From Eubacteriales bacterium (GTDB lineage: Bacteria > Bacillota > Clostridia > Oscillospirales > CAG-272), in assembly GCA_045611685.1 (NCBI GenBank), contig JAZKXO010000026.1, positions 18,623 through 82,622 on the forward strand: a stretch of 64,000 nt of DNA, read 5' to 3'. The notes below the pieces were generated by a model. The model worked only from the letters and a program-made list of their open reading frames with translations, ran no database searches and was not told where the DNA came from. The number at the start of each line of letters is the position of its first letter. Position 1 is the first letter of the stretch. Of this stretch, positions 12,158 through 19,918 are shown one piece after another. Made by a program: the position numbers and the translations under genes.

Positions 12158-12340
12158 ATGACCCGCCAGGAGCTTGCACACATTTCAAACATACTGCGTT
12201 TATCATGGGCTGCCATATACACATGCAGCAAAAATAAGGATTCAATCGGGGAGGAGCTCTTTGAAGCGATCACCGATCCGTTGACGGAAATTTTGGAGCA
12301 GATCGTGGAGTTGGCAAAGCAACCGATCGACGACATATAA
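12158..12340 (+). CDS. hypothetical small protein (60 aa, predicted all-helical, no TM segment)
   Basis: RBS AGAAGGTGA lies 6 nt before the ATG at 12158. Product is MTRQELAHISNILRLSWAAIYTCSKNKDSIGEELFEAITDPLTEILEQIVELAKQPIDDI. I recognise no family. Confidence 0.55.
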   Translation: MTRQELAHISNILRLSWAAIYTCSKNKDSIGEELFEAITDPLTEILEQIVELAKQPIDDI

Positions 12341-12352
12341 AGAAAACAAAAA

Positions 12353-12445
12353 ATCACGTCTGTGCGTAATTTGGTGCACAAACGTGATTTTTATTTTTGT
12401 ATAAAAGTTTTTGGGGGCTGGGGGCTTTTTTCAAAAAGCCCCCAG
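12353..12445. terminator. bidirectional composite terminator module between the small ORF (+) and PFOR (-)
   Basis: ATCACGTCTGTGCG-loop-GCACAAACGTGAT + TTTTTATTTTT (12353-12399), then linker tataaaagttttt, then palindrome CTGGGGGCTTTTT-TC-AAAAAGCCCCCAG (12418-12445). Confidence 0.8.
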
Positions 12446-12457
12446 GTCGTATCTCTC

Positions 12458-15400
12458 TTACTTGTAGAGCTCGACGAACTTGGTGAGACGCTCGTACTTA
12501 GCCTTTGCGTTGGCATCAGCCTGTGCGAACAGTTCTTCTGCTCTCTCCGGGAATGCCTGCATGAGGCGGCTGTAACGGTTCTCGCTCTTGATGAACTCGA
12601 TATAGTCGCCGGTAGGCTCCTTGGAGTCGAGGGAGAAGGGATTCTTGCCCTCGGCCTTCAGTGCCGGATTGAAGCGGAACATCTGCCAGTAGCCTGCCTC
12701 AACGGCACGCTTCATCTCGAGCTGGCAGTTCTGCATCGTGCCCTTGATGCCATGCATCTCACACGGAGCGTAGCCGATGATGATGGACGGACCGTTGTAT
12801 GCCTCAGCCTCGGTGAGTGCCTTGAGCAGCAGATTCATATCCGCGCCCATAGCAACCTGTGCAACGTATACGTAGCCGTAGGACATAGCGATCTCGGCGA
12901 GGTTCTTCTTGCCGATTGCCTTACCTGCTGCTGCGAACTGTGCAACCTGACCGATGTTGGAAGCCTTCGATGCCTGACCGCCGGTATTGGAGTAAACCTC
13001 GGTATCGAATACCATGATGTTTACGTCCTCGCCGGAAGCGATTACGTGGTCAAGACCGCCAAATCCGATGTCGTAAGCCCAACCGTCGCCACCGAAGATC
13101 CATACGGACTTCTTAGCGAGGTAGGTCTTCTCAGCGAGGATCTGCGGAGCGATCGGGCAGCCCTGTGCGGCAGCCTTCTCGAGCTCGACGATGAGAGCCT
13201 CAGCGGCAGCGGTGTTCTCCTTGCCGTTGTCCTTCGTATCAAGGTAAGCCTTAGCAGCAGCCTTGAACTCGTCGGAAGCCTTGTCGGAAGCCATCATTTC
13301 CTCAACCATGCCGATCAGGCGGTTGCGGATTACCTTCTGGCCGAGGTACATACCGAGACCGTGCTCAGCGTTGTCCTCAAAGAGGGAGTTAGCCCATGCC
13401 GGACCGTGGCCGGTCTTGTTGTTTACGGTGTACGGAGTAGCCGGTGCGGAGCCGCCCCAGATGGACGAGCAACCGGTTGCGTTGGAGATGTACATTCTCT
13501 CACCGAACAGCTGGGTGATGAGACGTGCGTAAGAAGTCTCGGCACAGCCTGCGCAGGAGCCGGAGAACTCAAGCAGCGGCTGCTTGAACTGGCTTCCCTT
13601 GACGGTGGTGTTGATAAGCTCGGGCTTCTCGGATACGTTTGCAACAGCGTAATCCCACGGAGCCTGCTGGTCTTCCTGCGTCTCGCGGAGAACCATACGG
13701 ATAGCCTTCTTGTCGGTGCCGTCCTTCTCTGCCTTAGCAGTTACAGGGCAAGCCTTGACGCAGAGGGTACAACCCATACAATCCATCGGAGAGATTGCCA
13801 TGGTGAACTTGTAGTTGGTCTTGAGAACCGGCTTCTCGGTGAACTTGGTGTTTGCGGGAGCGGCGGCTGCCTCCTCCTCGGTCATAGCGAACGGGCGGAT
13901 GGTAGCGTGCGGGCAGACGAACGCACAGTTGTTACACTGGATGCAGTTCTCGGGGATCCACTCGGGAACGTATACGGCAACGCCGCGCTTCTCGGAAGCG
14001 GAGGAGCCCTGCGGGAACGTACCGTCTACGTAATCAGCGAATGCGGAAACGGGCAGAGAATCACCTGCCATAGCGTTTACGGGATTTACAACGGTGTTGA
14101 CGAACTTGTCAAGATCGGCTCTCTTGGACTCGAATGCGGCCTTCGGCGCATCTGCACCTGCATTTGCCCATTCTGCGGGAACCTTTACCTCAACGTATGC
14201 GTCGGAGCCTGCATCGATAGCGGCGTAGTTGAGATCAACGATTGCCTGACCCTTCTTGATGTAGGACTTGTATGCAGCCTTCTTCATGTAGTCGATCGCC
14301 TCATCCTTCGGCAGGATATTAGCGAGGGAGAAGAATGCGGACTGCAGAACGGTGTTCTTAACCTTCGCGTTACCGATCTTCTTCGTTGCGATCGTGGTAG
14401 CGTCGATGGTGATGAACTTCACGTTATTCTTAGCGATGTAGGATTTCACGGATGCGGGGAGGTTCTCCTCGAGGCCTGCCATATCCCAAGCACAGTCAAG
14501 AAGGAACGTACCGCCCGGCTTTACGTCGGAGATCATGTCGTACTTCTTGAGGTAAGAAGAGTTGTGGCATGCAACGAAGTCAGCCTTGTTGATGTAGTAA
14601 GGAGACTTAATGGGCTGATCACCGAAGCGGAGGTGGGAGATGGTGATACCGGAAGTCTTCTTGGAGTCGTACTGGAAGTACGCCTGGATGTACTTATCGG
14701 TGTGGTCACCGATGATCTTGATGGAGTTCTTGTTTGCACCAACGGTACCGTCACCGCCGAGACCCCAGAACTTGCAGGCGATCGTGCCGGCAGCTGCGGT
14801 ATCGGGAGCGGGCTTCTCCTCAAGGGACAGACCGGTTACGTCGTCGACGATACCGCTCGTGAAGTTTGCCTTCGGTGCATCCTTTGCCAGATTCTCGTAT
14901 ACGGCAAAGACGGAGGACGGCGGGGTATCCTTGGAGCCGAGACCGTAACGGCCGCCGACAACCTTGATGTCGCTTCTGCCGGTTACGTTGGGAGCCGCGA
15001 TAACGTCGTGGTACAGAGGCTCACCGAGAGAACCGGGCTCCTTCGTACGGTCGAGAACTGCGATCTTCTTAACGGTCTCAGGAATAGCGGCAGCGAGCTT
15101 CTCAGCTACGAACGGACGGTACAGACGAACCTTTACAAGGCCGACCTTCTCGCCCTTTGCGAGCATGTAGTCGATTACTTCCTCTGCTACGTCGCAGATG
15201 GAGCCCATCGCGATGATTACCCGGTCAGCATCCGGTGCGCCGTAGTAGTTGAACAGCTCGTAGTTCGTGCCGATCTTCTCGTTAACCTGATGCATGTAAT
15301 CCTCAACGATTGCCGGGAATGCATCGTAGTAGGGGTTGCACGCCTCACGGTGCTGGAAGAAGATGTCGCCGTTCTCGGCAGAGCCGCGGAGCACGGGGTG

Positions 15401-16033
15401 CTCGGGGTTCAGAGAACGTGCGCGGAATGCGGCGATCGCATCCTTGTCCACCATCTCTTTAAGTACGTCGTAGTCCCACGTCTCGATCTTCTGGATCTCG
15501 TGAGAGGTACGGAAGCCGTCGAAGAAGTTCAGAACCGGAACGCGGCCCTTGATCGTTGCGAGGTGTGCAACGGCGCCGAGGTCCATAACCTCCTGCGGGT
15601 TGGATTCAGCCATCATGGCAAAACCGGTCTGACGGCAAGCGTATACGTCAGAGTGATCGCCGAAGATGTTCAAAGCGTGAGAAGCCACGCAGCGTGCAGA
15701 TACGTGGATAACGCAGGGGAGAAGCTCGCCCGCGATCTTATACATGTTGGGGATCATGAGAAGCAGACCCTGAGAAGCGGTATAGGTCGTGGTGAGTGCG
15801 CCGGCTGCAAGAGAACCGTGCACGGCACCTGCCGCACCTGCCTCAGACTGCATTTCGACAACCTTAACGGTGTCTCCCATAATGTTCTTCAGTCCGCCTG
15901 CAGACCAGGTATCGGTTACGTCTGCCATTACGGAAGAAGGAGTAATGGGGTAGATGGCAGCCACTTCGGTAAACGCATAGGAAGCATGCGCCGCCGCGGT
16001 GTTGCCGTCCATGGAAAGTTTCTTTCTTGCCAT
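12458..16033 (-). CDS. nifJ: pyruvate:ferredoxin (flavodoxin) oxidoreductase
   Basis: About 1190 aa starting MARKKLSMDGNTAAAHASYAF. It has two 4Fe-4S motifs (CIQCNNCAFVCPHA and CMGCTLCVKACP) and a TPP-binding GGDGWAYDIG. RBS AGGAGG lies upstream of the ATG at 16033. Confidence 0.97.
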   Translation of the reverse strand: MARKKLSMDGNTAAAHASYAFTEVAAIYPITPSSVMADVTDTWSAGGLKNIMGDTVKVVEMQSEAGAAGAVHGSLAAGALTTTYTASQGLLLMIPNMYKIAGELLPCVIHVSARCVASHALNIFGDHSDVYACRQTGFAMMAESNPQEVMDLGAVAHLATIKGRVPVLNFFDGFRTSHEIQKIETWDYDVLKEMVDKDAIAAFRARSLNPEHPVLRGSAENGDIFFQHREACNPYYDAFPAIVEDYMHQVNEKIGTNYELFNYYGAPDADRVIIAMGSICDVAEEVIDYMLAKGEKVGLVKVRLYRPFVAEKLAAAIPETVKKIAVLDRTKEPGSLGEPLYHDVIAAPNVTGRSDIKVVGGRYGLGSKDTPPSSVFAVYENLAKDAPKANFTSGIVDDVTGLSLEEKPAPDTAAAGTIACKFWGLGGDGTVGANKNSIKIIGDHTDKYIQAYFQYDSKKTSGITISHLRFGDQPIKSPYYINKADFVACHNSSYLKKYDMISDVKPGGTFLLDCAWDMAGLEENLPASVKSYIAKNNVKFITIDATTIATKKIGNAKVKNTVLQSAFFSLANILPKDEAIDYMKKAAYKSYIKKGQAIVDLNYAAIDAGSDAYVEVKVPAEWANAGADAPKAAFESKRADLDKFVNTVVNPVNAMAGDSLPVSAFADYVDGTFPQGSSASEKRGVAVYVPEWIPENCIQCNNCAFVCPHATIRPFAMTEEEAAAAPANTKFTEKPVLKTNYKFTMAISPMDCMGCTLCVKACPVTAKAEKDGTDKKAIRMVLRETQEDQQAPWDYAVANVSEKPELINTTVKGSQFKQPLLEFSGSCAGCAETSYARLITQLFGERMYISNATGCSSIWGGSAPATPYTVNNKTGHGPAWANSLFEDNAEHGLGMYLGQKVIRNRLIGMVEEMMASDKASDEFKAAAKAYLDTKDNGKENTAAAEALIVELEKAAAQGCPIAPQILAEKTYLAKKSVWIFGGDGWAYDIGFGGLDHVIASGEDVNIMVFDTEVYSNTGGQASKASNIGQVAQFAAAGKAIGKKNLAEIAMSYGYVYVAQVAMGADMNLLLKALTEAEAYNGPSIIIGYAPCEMHGIKGTMQNCQLEMKRAVEAGYWQMFRFNPALKAEGKNPFSLDSKEPTGDYIEFIKSENRYSRLMQAFPERAEELFAQADANAKAKYERLTKFVELYK

Positions 16034-16191
16034 GTTTGGAAATCCTCCTAAAAAATATGTATATGACATGCGCGCAAAAATGCGCATCTTCATTCATCCT
16101 ATATTATAACTCTGTTTTGCGCTTTTGTAAATATGATTTTGGTGATAAAAACGGAAAATTTTTCTTTTTTCGCTTGAAAAAGCAAACCTTT

Positions 16192-17016
16192 TCAATCTCC
16201 GCGCACGCGAACACTGATTTCGCCCGACGAAAGGGTATCGCTCGTGCCGTCGGGGAGACGGACGGCGAGCGTTCCGTCGTCGTTCACGCCGAGCGCCTCG
16301 GCGGGGTACTGCGTCCCACCGCGGTGGACGGTGATCGGAGAACCGATCACGAAACAGCGGCGGCGGTATTCGTCCATATAGGCGGTGTCCGTACCGATCG
16401 TTTCGTAAATGCGGAAGAACTGCGACAGAAACGCGGCGGCGATTTTCGCTCTGCCGTCGGGGATCGGCTCGTCGAGAAGCGCGCCCGCGATCTGTCGGAT
16501 CTCTTCGGGGAATCCGCCGTCGGGCTCCGTTACGTTCACGCCGATGCCGAGGACGGCGTATTCGAGCCGTTCTCCGTCCGCCGAAAGGGCGGATTCCGTA
16601 AGGATTCCCGCGATCTTTTTGCCGCCAAGGTACAGATCGTTCACCCATTTGATAAGAGCGTCCTTGCCCGCAATCTCTCCGATCGCACGGGCGGCGGCGA
16701 CCGCGGCGGCGGTCGTAATACGGATCGCCATCTCGGGGGCGAAATCGGGACGGAGCAGCACGCTTATGTAGAGCCCCGTGCCGCCGGGGGAATAAAAGGA
16801 GCGCCCCCGTCTTCCGCGTCCGTTCGTCTGGGCGGCGGCTATGAGCACCGTACCCGCGGGTGCGCCCGCGGCCGCGGCTTCTTTGAGCGCCGTATTCGTC
16901 GAGGGGACGGTGTCAAGAACGCTGAGGGCGGCGATGGGCAAGCCAAGGGGCAGATACTGTCTCACGCGCTCGGCTGTAAGGATATCGGCGGTGATCTCTC
17001 TCGTCATCGGTGTCAT
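16192..17016 (-). CDS. birA: biotin--[acetyl-CoA-carboxylase] ligase (no obvious N-terminal HTH)
   Basis: 274 aa with AAAQTNGRGRRGRSFYSPGGTGLYISVLLRP (the GRGRxGR biotin-ligase signature) and KWVNDLYLGGKKIAGIL. Confidence 0.9.
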   Translation of the reverse strand: MTPMTREITADILTAERVRQYLPLGLPIAALSVLDTVPSTNTALKEAAAAGAPAGTVLIAAAQTNGRGRRGRSFYSPGGTGLYISVLLRPDFAPEMAIRITTAAAVAAARAIGEIAGKDALIKWVNDLYLGGKKIAGILTESALSADGERLEYAVLGIGVNVTEPDGGFPEEIRQIAGALLDEPIPDGRAKIAAAFLSQFFRIYETIGTDTAYMDEYRRRCFVIGSPITVHRGGTQYPAEALGVNDDGTLAVRLPDGTSDTLSSGEISVRVRGD

Positions 17017-17105
17017 ACCTCCGTTTTTGTCCGATAAAACACGCCTGTTTTTTGAAAAAATTCTTGCAATAAGGCGGTATTTGTGGTATTATATAAGTTG
17101 TATCA

Positions 17106-17918
17106 TTATATCCCGAGAAGCCGTTTTGCGTTCTCGCCGAGGATCGCGTTCTTCTCCGCCGCCGAAAGCGGCAGAGCACGGATGAACGAAAGCGTTTTCA
17201 GGGGCGATCCCCACGGGCAGTCGGAGCCGAACAGGATCCGATCAGCGCCGTGCGCACGGATGAGGGACATCGCCGTCTCCGGCGTGATATACGAGCAAAC
17301 GTAGGACAGATCAAAATACACGTTTCTGCCTGCCAGATGCTTTATCACCCCGTCGAACATACGGTTTCCGCCGCCGTGGGCGAAGACGATTTTGGCCCCC
17401 GTCGGCTCTCGACCGTCGTACACCGCATCGAGGAAGGTTGCCGCGCGGTCGGGCGGACAGTGCGTCACACCGCCGACGCCGTCATCGACACCCGCGTGCG
17501 TGATGAGAATGAGCCCGTGCGAAATCGCCGCCTTCGCGATACGGACGTACCGCTCGTCGTCGATCATCACGCCTTGATAATCCGGATGGATTTTGATGCC
17601 GCGCAGTCCGAGATCTGCGATTTTCGCGACGTGCGCCTCGATATCGTCGTCCTCGGGATGAATCCCGCCGAAGGAAAGAAGGCGGGGATATTCCCCGTGA
17701 AGCCGGGCGGCGCACTCGTTCACCGTCTGAAACTGCGAAGGCTTCGTGACGACCGGCAAAACAACGCCGAGATCCACGCCCGCTGCCGCTAACTTTTCTG
17801 CAAGGCCGCGTGCGGTGCCGTCCGTTTCGGGCACAAGTCCGCTTTTGGCGGCAAGCATTTCAATCGTTTTTTTTGCGATCGCATCGGGAAACTGATGCGT
17901 GTGAAAATCTATTATCAT
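17106..17918 (-). CDS. amidohydrolase-family metal-dependent hydrolase (TIM barrel)
   Basis: It starts MIIDFHTHQFP (HxH metal motif), with a later HAGVDDG and an FGSDCPW aspartate motif. The ATG at 17918 has RBS GAGGAG upstream; the ORF-track start at 17987 is probably an extension. Confidence 0.75.
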   Translation of the reverse strand: MIIDFHTHQFPDAIAKKTIEMLAAKSGLVPETDGTARGLAEKLAAAGVDLGVVLPVVTKPSQFQTVNECAARLHGEYPRLLSFGGIHPEDDDIEAHVAKIADLGLRGIKIHPDYQGVMIDDERYVRIAKAAISHGLILITHAGVDDGVGGVTHCPPDRAATFLDAVYDGREPTGAKIVFAHGGGNRMFDGVIKHLAGRNVYFDLSYVCSYITPETAMSLIRAHGADRILFGSDCPWGSPLKTLSFIRALPLSAAEKNAILGENAKRLLGI

Positions 17919-18037
17919 AAAAGAAAAACTCCTCTGCAAAAACTGCGTTACCGATATTATTGTACAACGGCTTCGCATCCAATGCAAGAGAAAATTATAA
18001 GCAAAATTTCAATTACCGAGAAACGGAGAGATCCATT

Positions 18038-19678
18038 ATGCCGATTACCGATTTTCTGGAAAGAAACGCACGCCTCTATCCAACCGAGGCGGCCTTGACC
18101 GAGATCACCCCGCAAAACCAGCCCGAGCGGCAGGTAACGTGGCGGGAATATAATCTGATTGAGACGGCGGAAGGCAAGGAATACCGCCGCGAGATCACCT
18201 GGCGGCAGTTTGACACGTACGCAAACCGTTTTGCGAATCTTCTCATGACGCGCGGCGTGAAAAAGGGCGATAAGGTCGCCATTCTTCTTATGAACTGCAT
18301 TGAATGGCTGCCGGTCTATTTCGGCATTCTCAAGACGGGCGCTCTGGCGGTGCCGATGAACTACCGCTACGCCTCCGAGGAGATCCTCTACTGCGCCGAT
18401 CTTGCCGACTGCTCCATGATGATCTTCGGCCCCGAATTCACCGAGCGCATAACGGCGGTGAAAGAGCAGATGACCGGCGTGACGGAATATTTCTTCGTCG
18501 GTCGCGAGGACGAAACTCCCGATTTCGCCGATAACTGGGAAAGAATGGTCTACTACTGCTCCTCCGTCGCTCCGCCCGTGGAGCTCTCCGACGAGGACGA
18601 CGGCGCGATCTATTTCTCCTCGGGCACGACCGGATTCCCGAAGGCGATCCTTCATTCGCACAAGGCGCTCGTCTCCTCCTGCATGACCGAGCAGGCACAC
18701 CACAGACAGACGAGAGACGACGTATTCCTCTGCATCCCGCCGCTCTATCACACGGGTGCTAAGATGCACTGGTTCGGCTCGCTTCTTGCGGGCTCGCGCG
18801 CGGTACTTCTGCGCGGCGTGAAGCCCGAGTGGATCCTCCAGTCCGCCGCCGAGGAAAAGGCGACGATCGTATGGCTTCTCGTGCCGTGGGCGCAGGATAT
18901 TTTAGACGCGCTCGAGCGGGGCGAGGTCTCCCTCTCCGATTACAATCTCGATGCTTGGCGGCTCATGCACGTGGGCGCACAGCCCGTGCCGCCGAGCCTC
19001 ATCCGCCGCTGGAAATCCGTCTTCCCGAAGCACGATTACGATACAAACTACGGTCTGTCCGAGTCGATCGGCCCCGGATGCGTGCATCTGGGTATCGAGA
19101 ACATCGATCACGTAGGCGCGATCGGCAAAGCCGGCTACCTTTGGGAGACGAAGATCGTAAACGAGCGTTTTGAGGACGTAAAGCAGGGCGAGGTCGGCGA
19201 GCTTGCCGTAAAAGGTCCGGGCGTTATGCGCTGCTACTACAAGAATCCGAAGGCAACCGAGGAAGTAATGCGCGGCGAATGGCTCCTCACGGGCGATATG
19301 GCAAAAGAAGACGAGAACGGATTCATCTATCTCGTTGACCGTAAAAAGGACGTCATCATCACGGGCGGCGAGAATCTCTATCCCGTACAGATCGAGGATT
19401 TTTTACGCGCACATGATAAGATCAAGGACGTGGCGGTGATCGGGCTTCCCGATGCGCGCCTCGGTGAGATCGCCGCGGCGATCATCGCCGTCAAGGACGG
19501 TGAGACGCTCACCGAAGCGGAGGTCGAAGAATTCTGTCTCGGCATGCCGCGCTACAAGCGCCCGAAGAAGCTGATCTTCGCCGACGTGCCCCGCAATCCC
19601 ACCGGCAAGATCGAGAAACCGAAACTCAGAGAGATGTACTCCGCCGCACGGCTTGTGGAAGCCGCCACGACGGAATAA
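18038..19678 (+). CDS. AMP-binding acyl-CoA synthetase / long-chain-fatty-acid--CoA ligase family
   Basis: MPITDFLERNARLYPTEAAL, AMP motif IYFSSGTTGFPKAILHSH, then YGLSES, TGDMAKEDENGFIYLVDRKKD and PRNPTGKI. Confidence 0.9.
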   Translation: MPITDFLERNARLYPTEAALTEITPQNQPERQVTWREYNLIETAEGKEYRREITWRQFDTYANRFANLLMTRGVKKGDKVAILLMNCIEWLPVYFGILKTGALAVPMNYRYASEEILYCADLADCSMMIFGPEFTERITAVKEQMTGVTEYFFVGREDETPDFADNWERMVYYCSSVAPPVELSDEDDGAIYFSSGTTGFPKAILHSHKALVSSCMTEQAHHRQTRDDVFLCIPPLYHTGAKMHWFGSLLAGSRAVLLRGVKPEWILQSAAEEKATIVWLLVPWAQDILDALERGEVSLSDYNLDAWRLMHVGAQPVPPSLIRRWKSVFPKHDYDTNYGLSESIGPGCVHLGIENIDHVGAIGKAGYLWETKIVNERFEDVKQGEVGELAVKGPGVMRCYYKNPKATEEVMRGEWLLTGDMAKEDENGFIYLVDRKKDVIITGGENLYPVQIEDFLRAHDKIKDVAVIGLPDARLGEIAAAIIAVKDGETLTEAEVEEFCLGMPRYKRPKKLIFADVPRNPTGKIEKPKLREMYSAARLVEAATTE

Positions 19679-19700
19679 GGCACACAGGAACGAAAACGCA

Positions 19701-19760
19701 GGGGCTTTTTGCAAAAAGCACCGCGCCAAAAGCATTTGAAAAATATTTATAAAAGTTTTC
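19701..19760 (+). terminator. partial composite 3' module after the acyl-CoA ligase gene
   Basis: Imperfect palindrome GGGGCTTTTTGCAAAAAGCACC (19701-19722), followed by atttataaaagttttcg, which resembles the linker of the other modules. Confidence 0.5.
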
Positions 19761-19880
19761 GTCCACCTTTTGGGGAGGTGGCGGGATCAAGGGCAGCGCC
19801 CTTGTACCGGCGTTTCTTTTTGATAACTTTTTCTTTGCGCCTATAGTGTCAAAGAAAAAGTGGCAAGCAACAAAGGCTGT
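19761..19880. repeat. interspersed repeat, copy B (reverse orientation)
   Basis: ggcgtttctttttgataactttttctttgcgcctatagtgtcaaagaaaaagtggcaagc is the reverse complement of the core seen at 4055-4198. Confidence 0.8.
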
Positions 19881-19918
19881 TCTCAATCAAGAAAACATAT
19901 TTTGGAGATAAAATTACC

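Larger units (their letters stand above)
11407..12162 (+). repeat. tandem triplication (periods 255 and 252 bp) of a promoter + structured RNA + terminator + RBS/ATG unit
   Basis: Unit starts (ggattttccgg) are at 11407, 11662 and 11914. Units 1 and 2 are near-identical over their 5' halves and 3' tails. Each unit ends in agaaggtgataaa(a)atgac. Confidence 0.95.

Noticed and set aside
11407-12162. The tandem repeats as a CRISPR array or a type III toxin-antitoxin (ToxI-like) antitoxin array
   Set aside because: The period is about 252-255 bp with an internal promoter and terminator, not 25-40-nt repeats with spacers or 34-45-nt ToxI-type repeats. The downstream ORF is 60 aa with no endoribonuclease-like features, and there are no cas genes.
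11288-12445. The RNA array plus small ORF as cargo of a MITE-like element with ~95-bp terminal inverted repeats
   Set aside because: The apparent TIRs are the same composite 3' module found after other genes, always oriented with the upstream gene. Here they are simply the terminators of the convergent uvrA and PFOR genes, as at 60153-60367 where two modules abut with no cargo. Mobility is therefore not supported by this evidence alone.
12362-16051. 1229-aa ORF on the + strand
   Set aside because: It lies exactly antisense to the unmistakable PFOR gene (12458-16033, -). Its translation is low-complexity and Val/Leu/Gly/Arg-rich with no motifs, which is a typical shadow frame in high-GC DNA. 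The same reasoning was applied to 6262-8346(-), 9845-11290(-), 19928-21739(-), 22250-24025(-), 30559-32142(+), 31484-33790(+), 38605-40476(-), 53731-55197(+) and other long antisense frames.
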